Below are positions 46,047 to 56,610 of a stretch of DNA of 62,000 nt, one piece after another; the stretch's first letter is position 1; each line of letters begins with the position of its first letter. Below the pieces are notes generated by a model. That model saw nothing but the letters and a program-made list of their open reading frames with translations, was not told the DNA's origin and ran no database searches. The stretch is from Hyalangium minutum. GTDB taxonomy: Bacteria > Myxococcota > Myxococcia > Myxococcales > Myxococcaceae. The translations under genes were made by a program, and so were the position numbers. The stretch lies in the NCBI RefSeq assembly GCF_000737315.1, contig NZ_JMCB01000004.1:144001-206000 (forward strand), written 5' to 3'.

Positions 46047-46424
46047 ATGGCGATCGTCGGCCTGGGGATGGACATCTGCTCGGTGGAGCGCATCCAGCGC
46101 ATCCTGCAGGGGCCTCGTGCCGAGCGCTTCCTGGAGCGCGTGTACACGGATGCTGAGCGCGCCCTGTGCAGCGAGCGGGCGGACTCCGCGAGCGCCTATG
46201 CCGCGCGCTTCGCCGCGAAGGAGGCCCTGGTGAAGGCGCTGGGGGCTCCGCCGGGGATTCGCTGGCGGGACATGGAGGTAGTGCGCACCGGTGGCATGCC
46301 GCGCTTCACCGTGTCCGGCGTGGCCCGCGAGGTGATGGAGCAGCGGCGCGTAGAGGCGCTGCTGACGATGACCCACGACGCAGGGGTGGCTGCGGCCACC
46401 GTCATCCTGCAGGAGCGGCCTTGA
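46047..46424 (+). CDS. acpS: Holo-[acyl-carrier-protein] synthase
   Basis: IVGLGMDICSVERI, AARFAAKEALVKALG, LTMTHD. Confidence 0.95.
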   Translation: MAIVGLGMDICSVERIQRILQGPRAERFLERVYTDAERALCSERADSASAYAARFAAKEALVKALGAPPGIRWRDMEVVRTGGMPRFTVSGVAREVMEQRRVEALLTMTHDAGVAAATVILQERP

Positions 46425-46425
46425 G

Positions 46426-47958
46426 ATGCAGAGCGCCCTGACCGCCGCACAGATGCGCCAGGCAGAGCAGGCCGGCGACGACCAGCTGGGGATGTCCTCG
46501 GCGCTGCTCATGGAGAACGCGGGCCGGGCGCTCGCGGACGCGGCGCGGAGCGTGGTGGGGCCGCAGGGGCGGTTCCTCGTCGTCTGCGGGCCAGGGAACA
46601 ACGGCGGCGATGGGTTCGTGGCGGCGCGGTTCCTCCTGGAGGGCGGGGCCCGGGTGTCCGTGGCGCTGGTGGGCGACAAGTCGAGGATGTCCGCCGAGGC
46701 CCAGCGCGCCATGAAGGGGCTCGTGTCGTTTGGCATCGCGCCGCAGCCGCTGGAGGCGCTCTCGCGGCCGAGGGCCGGAGACGTGGTGGTGGATGCGATC
46801 TTCGGCACTGGGCTGAACCGTGCGCCCGCGGGCCCTTTCGCGGAGGCCATCTTTCGCATCTACCGGTGGCGCAGGATCGGCGTGAAGGTGGTGGCCGCGG
46901 ACGTGCCCTCGGGTTTGCAGAGCGACACGGGGGAGGCCTTCCTTCCGTACCTGGAGGCGGACATCACCGTCTCCTTCGGGTTCCTCAAGCGCGGGCAGGT
47001 GGTGGAACCGGGGGCCTCGCTCTGTGGTGAGCTGCGGCGGGTGGACATAGGCCTGTCTCCGGTGGCGCTCCAGGTGGTCACCGGGCCTGTGCTGCGGGTC
47101 GTGGAGGAGGCGGATGCCCGTGAGGCGCTGCCAGCCCGGCGTTCGGACAGCCACAAGGGGACGTACGGGCACGTGCTGGTGGTGGCTGGGAGCCGGGGTA
47201 AGTCCGGCGCGGCCGCGCTGGTGTCCCGGGCGGTGCTGCGCTCGGGCGCGGGGCTCGTCTCCGTGGCGACGCGAGGGGATGTCTTGGATGCCGTGCTGGC
47301 TCACTCGCCCGAGGTGATGGGGATCCCGATGGAGCGAGCCGGAGCACTCGGGTCCGCGGATCTCAACATCCTGCTGGAGGCCGCTGAGGAGAAGGATGCG
47401 CTCGTCATCGGTCCCGGCATTCCTCGCGGGCCGGAGACGGGCAAGTTGATCGGCGAGCTGCTCGAGCGCGTGGATGCACCCGTGGTGCTCGATGCGGACG
47501 CGCTCAACGCCGTGGCCTCGGATCTGGCGGTGCTGCGCCGCGCGAAGAAGCCCGTCATCCTCACGCCGCACCCGGGGGAGATGGCCCGGCTCACCGGACG
47601 CTCCACCAAGGAGGTTCAGGCGAACCGGCTGGAGGTGGCGCGAGGCTTCGCGACACAGCACGGGGTGACGCTCGTCCTCAAGGGATCTCGGACGATCATC
47701 GCGAGCCCGGATGGCGAGCTCTTCGTGAACCCGACGGGGAACGCGGGCATGGCCACGGCGGGGGCAGGGGATGTGCTCTCCGGCATCTGCGGAGCGTTCC
47801 TGGCGCAGGGAATCCGGGCACCCGATGCAGCCTGGGCCGCTGTCTACGCCCACGGCCTCGCGGGAGATCTCGCTGCGGCCCGGAGAGGGAAGGTGGGGCT
47901 CATGGCCTCGGATATCGCCGAGGGACTGTGCGACGTCTGGACGCGGTGGGGAAGATGA
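46426..47958 (+). CDS. nnr: Bifunctional NAD(P)HX epimerase/dehydratase
   Basis: LMENAG, CGPGNNGGDG, VDAIFGTG, SHKGTYG, VLDADAL, LTPHPGEMARL, ATAGAGDVL. Confidence 0.95.
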   Translation: MQSALTAAQMRQAEQAGDDQLGMSSALLMENAGRALADAARSVVGPQGRFLVVCGPGNNGGDGFVAARFLLEGGARVSVALVGDKSRMSAEAQRAMKGLVSFGIAPQPLEALSRPRAGDVVVDAIFGTGLNRAPAGPFAEAIFRIYRWRRIGVKVVAADVPSGLQSDTGEAFLPYLEADITVSFGFLKRGQVVEPGASLCGELRRVDIGLSPVALQVVTGPVLRVVEEADAREALPARRSDSHKGTYGHVLVVAGSRGKSGAAALVSRAVLRSGAGLVSVATRGDVLDAVLAHSPEVMGIPMERAGALGSADLNILLEAAEEKDALVIGPGIPRGPETGKLIGELLERVDAPVVLDADALNAVASDLAVLRRAKKPVILTPHPGEMARLTGRSTKEVQANRLEVARGFATQHGVTLVLKGSRTIIASPDGELFVNPTGNAGMATAGAGDVLSGICGAFLAQGIRAPDAAWAAVYAHGLAGDLAAARRGKVGLMASDIAEGLCDVWTRWGR

Positions 47959-48431
47959 GTGCGCCCTCGCTGACGCGCACGCTGCGCTCGGAATCTCCCG
48001 AGGAGACGCACCGGATGGGCGTGCGCCTGGGCGAGCTGCTCCAGCCTGGGGACTTCGTGGGGCTGATCGGCGATCTGGGCGCAGGCAAGACGCACCTGGT
48101 GCGCGGCGTGGCCGAGGGCGCGCAGGTGGCCCGCTCCGAAGTGGCCAGTCCCACCTTCGCCATCGTCTATCCGTACCGGGGACGCATTCCGCTGTACCAC
48201 GCGGACCTCTACCGCATCGCGGACTACGACGAGCTGTACGCCACCGGCTTCCTCGATCTGATCGGAGGCGATGGCGCGGTGCTGGTGGAGTGGCTGGATC
48301 GCGTCCCCCAGGCCGCGCCGCGCGAGTACCTGCGGCTGACACTGCGGCCCGTGGCGGACGATGCGCGCGAGCTGCACGCCGAGGCCTTCGGCTCCAGGCC
48401 CGCGGAGCTGCTCTCGCGCTGGGCTCCCTGA
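47955..48431 (+). CDS. tsaE: tRNA threonylcarbamoyladenosine biosynthesis ATPase
   Basis: LIGDLGAGKT, VASPTFAIV, YHADLYRI, LVEW. Confidence 0.95.
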   Translation: MSAPSLTRTLRSESPEETHRMGVRLGELLQPGDFVGLIGDLGAGKTHLVRGVAEGAQVARSEVASPTFAIVYPYRGRIPLYHADLYRIADYDELYATGFLDLIGGDGAVLVEWLDRVPQAAPREYLRLTLRPVADDARELHAEAFGSRPAELLSRWAP

Positions 48432-48448
48432 GCCGGTGTGACTCGGCC

Positions 48449-49273
48449 TCAGCCCACCACGGCGAGATCCGAGAGGCGCCAGCGATGCAGCGTCAGCCCG
48501 CTGTCCACTCCGACCACCTCGTCCTCGGAGACCTCGTTCCACGCGGTGTGGTTGCCGCACAGCGCCTCGCTGGCGATGAGCAGCTGCTCCACCTTCACGC
48601 CGTTCTGGAGCCGCGCCATCGCGCACGACTCCGAGCGCCGCCCGTCCGACAGGTACAGCGTGCGGTTGCGGCGCGTGGCCACCATCACCTCACCGTTGGT
48701 GACCAGGAAGTTCATCGCCGAGCGATCCTGCCCTGGCTGATCCGTGATGGATGCCACCAGTTGCATCGTCTCGGCCAGCGACGCCGCCACGTCCTCCACG
48801 CGCGCCGTTCCATCCAGCGAGGTCCGCGAGGCCATCCGCGTGAGGAAGACGTGGAAGCAGCGCTCGGAGTCCGTCGTGCCGTGGATGTTCGGGCGCAGAT
48901 CCTCGCTGATGAGCGACTCCACCGCTCGGCGGTGCTGCTCGAAGTTCTTCAGCGTCCCGTTGTGCACGAACGACCAGCGGCCATACAGGAACGGGTGCGA
49001 GTTGCGCATCTCCACCGCTCCCACCGAGGCCAGCCGGATGTGTGCCACCACGGTGTGAGAAGACACCAGGCTGCTCACCCGGAGGAAGTCTGGATCGCTG
49101 TGAGCCGGGCCGACGCCGTGCGCGACCTTCGGGCTCGGATCCACACCATACGCCGCGATTCCCCAGCCATCCTTGTGCTCGCGCGACTGGATGACGAGCG
49201 AGTTCTTCTCGGTCACAAGGGCCGGATGAACGGCGGCGGGAACAGCAGAGCGGAAACCAAAAAGGCGGCACAT
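48449..49273 (-). CDS. Class II glutamine amidotransferase-like protein (YafJ/EgtC-like Ntn hydrolase)
   Basis: N-terminal MCRLFG (catalytic Cys2), HKDGWG, AHIRLAS, NSHPF, HNG, GTTDSE; start set at ATG 49273. Confidence 0.88.
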   Translation of the reverse strand: MCRLFGFRSAVPAAVHPALVTEKNSLVIQSREHKDGWGIAAYGVDPSPKVAHGVGPAHSDPDFLRVSSLVSSHTVVAHIRLASVGAVEMRNSHPFLYGRWSFVHNGTLKNFEQHRRAVESLISEDLRPNIHGTTDSERCFHVFLTRMASRTSLDGTARVEDVAASLAETMQLVASITDQPGQDRSAMNFLVTNGEVMVATRRNRTLYLSDGRRSESCAMARLQNGVKVEQLLIASEALCGNHTAWNEVSEDEVVGVDSGLTLHRWRLSDLAVVG

Positions 49274-49377
49274 AGCGTTCGACCAACAGAATGATAACGG
49301 CCAACCCCGGCCAACGATAAGACGCCTATCGGGCCGAGCAAGGTTCACTATCAAGAGGTCGTCACTCCCCCTCTTAT

Positions 49378-50643
49378 TCACTCACACAGGGCCGCACCGT
49401 CGCGCACGAGCAGACGCCCGTATTTCAACACCGCCCGAGCGTGGTTCACTCCAAGGTGGTAGGGCAGATGCCGATAGTTTGTGCACGAAAAGATCACGAG
49501 ATCGGCCACGTCTCCCACCGCCAGCCGCCCGTGAGAGGGCAGGCCCAGGGCCAGAGCGGCACCTCGGGTGGCCGCCCAGTACACCTCGGCCGCCGAGAGC
49601 CCGTTCTCCAGGCAGCCGAGCCCCATGGCCAGCGGAAGATTCTCTGACATCGCCGAGCCGGGATTGATGTTGGTGCCCAAAGCAATGTTGACCCCAGCCT
49701 CGCGCAGCTTTCGGCCCGGGGCGTAAGGGCGCATGCGTACGAAGAGGGTGGAGGTGGGAACGAGCACGGCGGTGACGTCCGCGGCCGCCAGCGCGCGGAT
49801 GCCCGCCTCGCTCACGTTCTCCAAATGGTCCACGGTGGCGGCGCCCAGCTCGGCGGCCAGCTCCGCACCCCCGCCCGAGGTGAGCTGATCCCCGTGCAGC
49901 CGAGGCCGCAGCCCCAGCGCCTTCGCGGCGGTGAGCAGCCGGCGCGCATCGTCCGGGGTGAAGGCGCTCTGCTCCACGAAGATGTCGCAGAAGCGCGCGA
50001 GCCCCTCGCGAGCCACGGCCGGGAGGATCTCCTGGACGCACAGCTCCACGTACGCTTCGCGGCGGCCCTTGAACTCCTCGGGCACCGCGTGGGCGCACAG
50101 CAGCGTGGGCACCAGCTCCACGGGTGACAGGCTCGCCAGCCGGCGCACCACCCGCAGCATCTTCAGCTCGTTCTCGACATCCAGCCCGTAGCCGCTCTTC
50201 ACCTCGGCCGTCGTCACTCCGTACTCGAGCAGGCGCTGGAGTCGGGGCAGGGCGAGGCGCACCAGCTCTTCCTCGCTCGCGGCCCGCGTGGCGCGCACGG
50301 TGCTGACGATGCCACCGCCCGCCTGGGCAATCTCTAGATACGTGGCGCCCTGGTTCCGCAGATCGAACTCACGGGAGCGCTCGCCCGCGAAGACCAGGTG
50401 CGTGTGCGGATCCACGAAGCCTGGGCCCACCATGCGGCCCTCGGCGTCCAGGATCTCCGTGCTCGGCGTGACAGCCCCAGGCGGCAGATCTGGCTCCTGG
50501 CCGACCCACGCTACGCGGCCTCCGCGCACGCCCACGCACGCTCGGGGCCGAGGCGTGAGGGCCTGCTCGGCGGGCTCTCGGTGCGAGCCCTCCACGGTGA
50601 GGACCTCGGAGGTGTTACGGACGAGAAGATCCAGCGGTTCCAT
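49378..50643 (-). CDS. hutI: Imidazolonepropionase
   Basis: PGFVDPHTHLVFAG, GGGIVSTVRATR, EVKSGYGL, LHGDQL, DHLE, LGTNINPG. Confidence 0.95.
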   Translation of the reverse strand: MEPLDLLVRNTSEVLTVEGSHREPAEQALTPRPRACVGVRGGRVAWVGQEPDLPPGAVTPSTEILDAEGRMVGPGFVDPHTHLVFAGERSREFDLRNQGATYLEIAQAGGGIVSTVRATRAASEEELVRLALPRLQRLLEYGVTTAEVKSGYGLDVENELKMLRVVRRLASLSPVELVPTLLCAHAVPEEFKGRREAYVELCVQEILPAVAREGLARFCDIFVEQSAFTPDDARRLLTAAKALGLRPRLHGDQLTSGGGAELAAELGAATVDHLENVSEAGIRALAAADVTAVLVPTSTLFVRMRPYAPGRKLREAGVNIALGTNINPGSAMSENLPLAMGLGCLENGLSAAEVYWAATRGAALALGLPSHGRLAVGDVADLVIFSCTNYRHLPYHLGVNHARAVLKYGRLLVRDGAALCE

Positions 50644-50646
50644 GGC

Positions 50647-51381
50647 TCACCGTGCCCAGCGCCCGCCGAGGATGGGGGAGTTCCAGCCCTTCTCCCCGGG
50701 AGCCTTCACCCGGCCCGCGCCTCCGGACAGCTCGAATTGATCCACCCTGCCCAGCGGCAGCTGCACCACCGCCGCCGCGCCGTAGAACAGCGGCGTCGCA
50801 CGCTCGTTCTGCGAGAAGACCCGGTGGATGCCCAGGAAGGGCACGATGCCCAGACAGACGCGCTCCTCGGGGGAGGCGTAGATGGCCAGGGAGGTCTCCG
50901 CGCCGAAGATGCTCCCGGGGCCGCCGCGCGTGTCGATGCCGAAGTCCGTCGCGCCGCGCACTACCACCGAGGGCGCCACGCCGAACGTGGGCGTGCCGTA
51001 CCAGCTCGACAGCCCCAGGTAGACGCCATAGCCGGGCAGCGGGAGCGGATAGTAGATCTCCCCGTTCACGCCCAGGTGCAGCGCGAGCTTCTCCGTGAGC
51101 GGCTTCTGCACCGCGAAGTCGTAGGCTATCGACCATTGCTGCGGGGAGAAGCTGGCGCCGTTGCCGGCGAAGGGCTGCGTGCTGTCGAAGCGCGCGGCGA
51201 GCGGCGCTGACAGGCGAGGACCGCTCCTCAGGCCCGCCTGGAGCAGGCTCTGGTCCGGGTGCCCCGGCCCCAGCCGCATCACCATGGGGCTCACGGTGGT
51301 GGGGGCACAGCCCGCCAGCCAGGCCAGCGCCACGAGCGCCACCACCCCCCAGCCTCCATGTCTCGGGAAGGGTGTCTCCAT
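50647..51381 (-). CDS. Hypothetical lipoprotein (beta-strand rich)
   Basis: Lipobox LAGC after a hydrophobic leader; start set at ATG 51381; packed between hutU and hutI. Confidence 0.7.
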   Translation of the reverse strand: METPFPRHGGWGVVALVALAWLAGCAPTTVSPMVMRLGPGHPDQSLLQAGLRSGPRLSAPLAARFDSTQPFAGNGASFSPQQWSIAYDFAVQKPLTEKLALHLGVNGEIYYPLPLPGYGVYLGLSSWYGTPTFGVAPSVVVRGATDFGIDTRGGPGSIFGAETSLAIYASPEERVCLGIVPFLGIHRVFSQNERATPLFYGAAAVVQLPLGRVDQFELSGGAGRVKAPGEKGWNSPILGGRWAR

Positions 51382-51389
51382 GCCGTGCC

Positions 51390-53045
51390 TCACACTGTGA
51401 CGCCGGGGATCTTCACTCCGCGCTTGTGCGCGACGTCCACGGCCTCGGGATAGCCCGCGTCCACGTGCCGCAGCACGCCCATGCCCGGATCCGAGGTGAG
51501 CACGCGCTCGATGCGCCGTGCGGCCTCCGGCGTGCCATCCGCCACGATGACCTGGCCCGAGTGCAGCGAGTAGCCCATGCCCACGCCACCGCCGTGGTGG
51601 AAGGACACCCACGAGGCGCCGTTCACCGCGTTCACCAGCGCGTTGAGGATGGGCCAGTCCGCCACCGCGTCCGAGCCGTCCTTCATCGCCTCCGTCTCGC
51701 GGTTGGGCGAGGCCACCGAGCCGCAGTCCAGGTGATCGCGGCCGATGACGATGGGCGCCTTCACCTCGCCCTTGCGCACCAGCTCGTTGAACACGAGGCC
51801 CGCCTTCGCGCGCTCGCCGTAGCCCAGCCAGCAGATGCGTGCCGGCAGTCCCTGGAACGCCACGCGCTGCTGCGCCATGGTGATCCACCGCCGCAGCGAT
51901 TCCTTCTCCGGGAACAGCTCCAGCACCGCGCGGTCCGTGCGGCGGATGTCCTCTGGATCTCCGGACAGCGCCACCCAGCGGAAGGGCCCCAGGCCCTCGC
52001 AGAACATGGGGCGGATGTACGCGGGCACGAAGCCCGGGAACTCGAATGCGTTCTCCTTGCCGCCCGCCTGCGCCTGCCCGCGCAGGTTGTTGCCGTAGTC
52101 GAACACGTGGCTGCCCGCGTTCTGGAAGTCGATCATGGCCTGCACGTGCATCGCCATGGTCTCCCGCGCCCGGCGCACGTAGCCCTCGGGGTCCCGGCGC
52201 CGCAGCTCCGCTGCCGCCTCCAGCGACAGATCCGCGGGGATGTAGCCGTTGAGCGGATCATGCGCGCTCGTCTGATCCGTCACCAGATCCGGCTTGATGC
52301 CGCGCCGGTACAGCTCGCGGAACACCGTGGCCGCGTTGCCAATCACGGCGATGGAGCGGCCCTCGCGCTTCTGCTGGGACTGCTTCACCAGCGCCAGCGC
52401 CTCGTCCAGATCCTTGGCCACCACATCCAGGTAGCGCGTCTCCACGCGGCGCTGGGCGCGCTGGGGATCGATCTCCACGCCCAGGAACACGGCGTTGCAC
52501 ATGGTGGCCGCCAGCGGCTGCGCCCCGCCCATACCGCCCAGCCCGCCCGACAGCACCAGCCGCCCGCTCAGGTCCGCCGAGCCGAAGTGCGTGCGGCCCG
52601 CCTGCGCGAACGTCTCATACGTGCCCTGCAGAATCCCCTGCGTGCCGATGTAGATCCACGAGCCGGCCGTCATCTGGCCGTACATCATCAGTCCCTTCTT
52701 CTCCAGCTCGTGGAAGTGCTCCCAGGTGGCCCAGCGGCCCACGAGGTTGGAGTTGGCCAGCAGCACACGCGGAGCGTCCGGGTGGGTCCGCAGGATGCCC
52801 ACCGGCTTGCCCGACTGGACGAGGAGCGTTTCCTCGTCTGAAAGCTCTTTCAAGCTGGCGATGATCCGATCATAGGAAGGCCAGTCGCGCGCGGCCTTGC
52901 CGGTGCCGCCGTAGACGACGAGATCCTCAGGGCGCTCGGCCACATCCGGATCCAGGTTGTTCATCAGCATCCGGAGCGCGGCCTCCTGGACCCAGCCCTT
53001 GCAAGAGCGGGCAGTGCCTCTGGGGGCGCGGATGACGCGGGACAT
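51390..53045 (-). CDS. hutU: Urocanate hydratase
   Basis: [69 protein letters not shown]. Confidence 0.98.
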   Translation of the reverse strand: MSRVIRAPRGTARSCKGWVQEAALRMLMNNLDPDVAERPEDLVVYGGTGKAARDWPSYDRIIASLKELSDEETLLVQSGKPVGILRTHPDAPRVLLANSNLVGRWATWEHFHELEKKGLMMYGQMTAGSWIYIGTQGILQGTYETFAQAGRTHFGSADLSGRLVLSGGLGGMGGAQPLAATMCNAVFLGVEIDPQRAQRRVETRYLDVVAKDLDEALALVKQSQQKREGRSIAVIGNAATVFRELYRRGIKPDLVTDQTSAHDPLNGYIPADLSLEAAAELRRRDPEGYVRRARETMAMHVQAMIDFQNAGSHVFDYGNNLRGQAQAGGKENAFEFPGFVPAYIRPMFCEGLGPFRWVALSGDPEDIRRTDRAVLELFPEKESLRRWITMAQQRVAFQGLPARICWLGYGERAKAGLVFNELVRKGEVKAPIVIGRDHLDCGSVASPNRETEAMKDGSDAVADWPILNALVNAVNGASWVSFHHGGGVGMGYSLHSGQVIVADGTPEAARRIERVLTSDPGMGVLRHVDAGYPEAVDVAHKRGVKIPGVTV

Positions 53046-53174
53046 AAGTACTCCGTGGGTCAGGGATGACTGCTAGAAGGGCGGGCAGCCTAGCCGAACT
53101 CCTGGGGCACGCGAGTGCCGTGTGCCGGACAAAATCTTCTCTCGGCTGGTACAATCGCCGCTGGACGAGGGGCT

Positions 53175-53549
53175 ATGTCCGTTCCGAAAAAAATCCTGCT
53201 GGTCGATGACTCACCCACGGTCCTGTTGATGGAGCGGCTGCTCCTGCAAGACGGGCCATACGAGCTGCTCAGCGCCAGCAGTGGCGCCGAGGCGGTAGAG
53301 CGGGCCTTGGCCGATCGTCCCGAGCTCATCCTCATGGACGTGGTGATGCCGGGGATGGACGGCTTCGAGGTGTGCCGCCGGCTCCGTGCCGAGGAGTCCA
53401 CGCGTGCCACGCCCATCATCCTGGTGACGACGCGCGGCGGCCCCGAGCACGTGGAGAAAGGCTACGAGAGCGGCTGCAGCGACTACGTGACCAAGCCGTT
53501 CGATGGCAACGAGCTGAGGGCCAAGATCGAGAGCTTCCTGGGTCACTGA
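53175..53549 (+). CDS. Single-domain response regulator (CheY-like) 1
   Basis: ILLVDDS, LMDVVMPGMDG, VTT, KPF; start set at ATG 53175. Confidence 0.92.
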   Translation: MSVPKKILLVDDSPTVLLMERLLLQDGPYELLSASSGAEAVERALADRPELILMDVVMPGMDGFEVCRRLRAEESTRATPIILVTTRGGPEHVEKGYESGCSDYVTKPFDGNELRAKIESFLGH

Positions 53550-54550
53550 TGGCGGCCGACTCCAAACCCGCTCCCGTCCTCCGCCCGAGGGTGGCGGCAG
53601 CCCTCCAGCGTTTGAAGGACATCCGCCCAGGAGAGGCGGCGGGGGCGGTGGGGGAGATCGTGTCCCAGCTCATGGGCTGCGAGGAGCACGTCCTGCTCGC
53701 GCTCGAGCCGGGAGGAGAGCGCTTCGTCGTGTCCTCGGCCATGGGGCTCCCGCCGGAGCGGCTCCAGGCCCTCCTGGTGCCCACGGGCATTGTCGGGCAG
53801 GTGGCCCGGCATGGTGTGCCCTACGTCATCGGCCGGACCAGCTCCGTGGGCGCGGCCCCTCACGAGGCAGGGCTTACCGCCTGCATCCCGATCCTGTCCG
53901 GCCGGCAGGTGAGGGGCGTGCTCGCGCTGTTCCGGATGCTCCCCCAGAAGCGCGGGCTGTCCGACGAGGACCTCGAGCTGTTGGATTTACTCCGCGTGCA
54001 AGGGGCTGCGGCCGTGTCCGAGCCGCGTCAGGGGTTCATTGCCCCGTACGAGCCGCAGCTGTCGTATCCCCTGGGGGAGCCTGCTTCGCTGCGGACGGTC
54101 TACCTGGAGCCGGGGGGCCTGATGGCGGCGTCGCGTCCCACCGAGGTGACGACCATTCTGGGCTCTTGTGTCTCCGTGTGCCTGTGGGACGAGCGTCTGC
54201 GCGTGGGGGGGATGAACCACTTCCTGCTCCCCACCGCGCCCTACGGGCAGGCTCAGAGCAGCCGTCATGGCGATGCCGCCATCCCCATGTTGCTGAGAGA
54301 GCTGGAGCGGCTGGGAAGCCAGCGGTCGAACCTGAGGGCGAAGGTGTTTGGGGGCGCTCATATGGCGGGTCTCTCGGCACCCGGCGCAGCGCTGACCCTG
54401 GGCGAGCGCAATGCCGAACTGGCCCGTCGTCTGTTGGGGGAGGTGGGGATCGCCATCGTTGCCGAAGATCTCGGTGGGCGAGCGGGCAGGAAGTTGCGCT
54501 TTCGCACCGACGATGGAATGGCTCTGGTGAAGACGTTGAGGGCGGGCTGA
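53549..54550 (+). CDS. cheD: GAF domain fused to CheD chemoreceptor deamidase
   Basis: N-terminal GAF (ACIPILSGRQVRGVLAL, LSDEDLELLDLL); C-terminal CheD TILGSCVSVC and GGMNHFLLP (catalytic Cys/His), AKVFGGA, DLGGRAGRK. Confidence 0.85.
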   Translation: MAADSKPAPVLRPRVAAALQRLKDIRPGEAAGAVGEIVSQLMGCEEHVLLALEPGGERFVVSSAMGLPPERLQALLVPTGIVGQVARHGVPYVIGRTSSVGAAPHEAGLTACIPILSGRQVRGVLALFRMLPQKRGLSDEDLELLDLLRVQGAAAVSEPRQGFIAPYEPQLSYPLGEPASLRTVYLEPGGLMAASRPTEVTTILGSCVSVCLWDERLRVGGMNHFLLPTAPYGQAQSSRHGDAAIPMLLRELERLGSQRSNLRAKVFGGAHMAGLSAPGAALTLGERNAELARRLLGEVGIAIVAEDLGGRAGRKLRFRTDDGMALVKTLRAG

Positions 54551-54568
54551 CTGGCCGAGAGAAGAGTC

Positions 54569-54943
54569 ATGGAAGGACATAAGAAGATCCTGCTGGTCGA
54601 TGACTCACCCACGGTCCTGCTGATGGAGCGAATCCTCCTACAGGACGGACCGTATGAGATCATCACTGCTGCCAGTGGAGAAGAGGCGCTGACGCTCGCG
54701 CTCTCCGAGCAGCCGCACGCCATCGTGATGGACGTGGTGATGCCGGGAATGAACGGCTACGAGGTGTGCCGCCGGCTGCGCGATCAGGAGTCCACGCGCA
54801 CCACGCCCATCATCCTGGTGACGACGCGCTCCAGCCTGGAGTCGCTCGAGCGCGGCTACGCGAGCGGCTGCAATGACTACATCGTCAAGCCCTTCGAGGC
54901 CATGGAACTGCGGATGAAGATCGCCAGCTTCGTGGGGTCCTGA
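54569..54943 (+). CDS. Single-domain response regulator (CheY-like) 2
   Basis: Same motifs; close paralog of 53175-53549. Confidence 0.92.
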   Translation: MEGHKKILLVDDSPTVLLMERILLQDGPYEIITAASGEEALTLALSEQPHAIVMDVVMPGMNGYEVCRRLRDQESTRTTPIILVTTRSSLESLERGYASGCNDYIVKPFEAMELRMKIASFVGS

Positions 54944-56577
54944 TGAAGACGGATCTGGATGCGGTTCGCACGGCGTTTCGCGCCGAGGCCACGGAACTGC
55001 TCGCCGGGCTGGAGAAGGACTTCCTGGCGCTGGAGTCCGCCTCGGATCCCGCGGCGATCGAGAGCGTGCTGCGCTCCGTGCACACGCTCAAGGGCAACTC
55101 CCTGCTGATGGGCTTCCCGGCCGCGTCCGAGGTGGCCCACCGCGTGGAGGATCTGCTCGCGCGGCTGTCTCACCGCACGCGCCCGGTGACGGCGGAGCTG
55201 GTGACGCTGCTGCTGCAGGCGGTGGACACACTCCGGGTGATGCTCGCGGCGCACGGCTCGGAAGGCCGCGAGGCCCCGGATGTGCCCGAGATCCAGCGCC
55301 GGTTGCAGGAGGCGGCGGGCGCGGAGCTGCCCACGGACAGCGCCCCCGCGCCCGAGGGAGCGACCCCTGAGAAGGCCGCCGAGGCCCCGGTGCCCGTCAC
55401 CGCCGAGCGGACGCTGCGAGTGGGGCTGGACCGGCTGGACCGGATGCTGGACCTCACGGGGGAGATCGCCATCTCGCGCGGGCGGCTCACGGCCATGCTG
55501 GAGCAGGCGCACCGCTACTCGCCCCAGGAACTGCTCGAGGCGCACCGCGACGCGGACCGCCTGTACTTGGATCTTCAGGAACTGGTGCTGAAGGCGCGGA
55601 TGGTGCCCATTGGGCGCGCCTTCCAGCCCTTCGCGCGGACGCTGCGCGACTTGTGCGAGGCGTCAGGCAAGCTGGTCCGGCTGGAGGTGAGCGGCGAGGA
55701 CGTGGAGGTGGACACCGCCGTGGTGGACCTCATCCGGGATCCGCTCCTGCACCTGGTGCGCAACGCGGTGGATCACGGCATCGAGACTCCCGCGGTCCGC
55801 AAGCGGCTCGGCAAGGAGTACTACGGCACGTTGAAGCTGAGGGCCTCCCATGAGGCCGGGAGCATCGTCATCGAAGTGGAGGACGATGGCGCCGGGCTCA
55901 ACCGCGAGCGCATCCGCGCGCGGGCTCAGGCCCTGGGGCTGCTCCAGCCGGGCGAGGAGCGCCCGGACGCGGAGCTGTTCCTTCTCATCTTCACGCCGGG
56001 CTTCTCCACGGCCGAGCGCGTCACCGAGCTGTCGGGCCGGGGCATCGGCATGGACGTGGTGAAGCGCAACATCGAGAACCTGCGCGGCTCCATCGCCATC
56101 GACACCCGAGAGGGGCGGGGCACCACCATCCACATGCGCCTGCCGCTGACGCTCTCCATCATCGAGGGCTTCTCGGTGAAGGTGGGGGAGGAGACGTACA
56201 TCCTGCCCCTGCAGAGCGTGCTCGAGTGCGTGGAGTTGCCCGAGACCGAGAAGCGCCCAGGGCACACCGGTGTGCTCAACCTGCGGGGCCAGCCGCTGCC
56301 CTACCTGCGGCTGCGCGAGCATTTCTCCGTGGAGGGGCCGCCCCCCGCCCGAGAGAGCGTGGTCGTCATCTCCCAAGGCCGGGGACAGGCGGGCCTCGCC
56401 GTGGACGCGCTGCTTGGGCAGGGTCAGACGGTCGTCAAGCCGCTCGGCAAGGTGTTCCAGGACGTCTCTGGTGTTTCAGGCTCCGCCATCCTCGGCACCG
56501 GCCGGGTCGCCCTGATCCTCGACGTTCCTTCACTCCTTCAAAAAGCGCTCCGCAACCTTCCAGCCGCAGCGTCGTAA
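54943..56577 (+). CDS. cheA: Chemotaxis histidine kinase CheA (apparently lacking a P2 domain)
   Basis: Hpt RSVHTLKG, LRVGLDRLDRMLDLTGE, HLVRNAVDHGIE, DDGAG, GFSTA...SGRGIGMDVV, CheW domain. Confidence 0.95.
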   Translation: MKTDLDAVRTAFRAEATELLAGLEKDFLALESASDPAAIESVLRSVHTLKGNSLLMGFPAASEVAHRVEDLLARLSHRTRPVTAELVTLLLQAVDTLRVMLAAHGSEGREAPDVPEIQRRLQEAAGAELPTDSAPAPEGATPEKAAEAPVPVTAERTLRVGLDRLDRMLDLTGEIAISRGRLTAMLEQAHRYSPQELLEAHRDADRLYLDLQELVLKARMVPIGRAFQPFARTLRDLCEASGKLVRLEVSGEDVEVDTAVVDLIRDPLLHLVRNAVDHGIETPAVRKRLGKEYYGTLKLRASHEAGSIVIEVEDDGAGLNRERIRARAQALGLLQPGEERPDAELFLLIFTPGFSTAERVTELSGRGIGMDVVKRNIENLRGSIAIDTREGRGTTIHMRLPLTLSIIEGFSVKVGEETYILPLQSVLECVELPETEKRPGHTGVLNLRGQPLPYLRLREHFSVEGPPPARESVVVISQGRGQAGLAVDALLGQGQTVVKPLGKVFQDVSGVSGSAILGTGRVALILDVPSLLQKALRNLPAAAS

Positions 56578-56610
56578 GCCGTAAACCGTAGTCCGCTTTG
56601 GGGAATGCCC

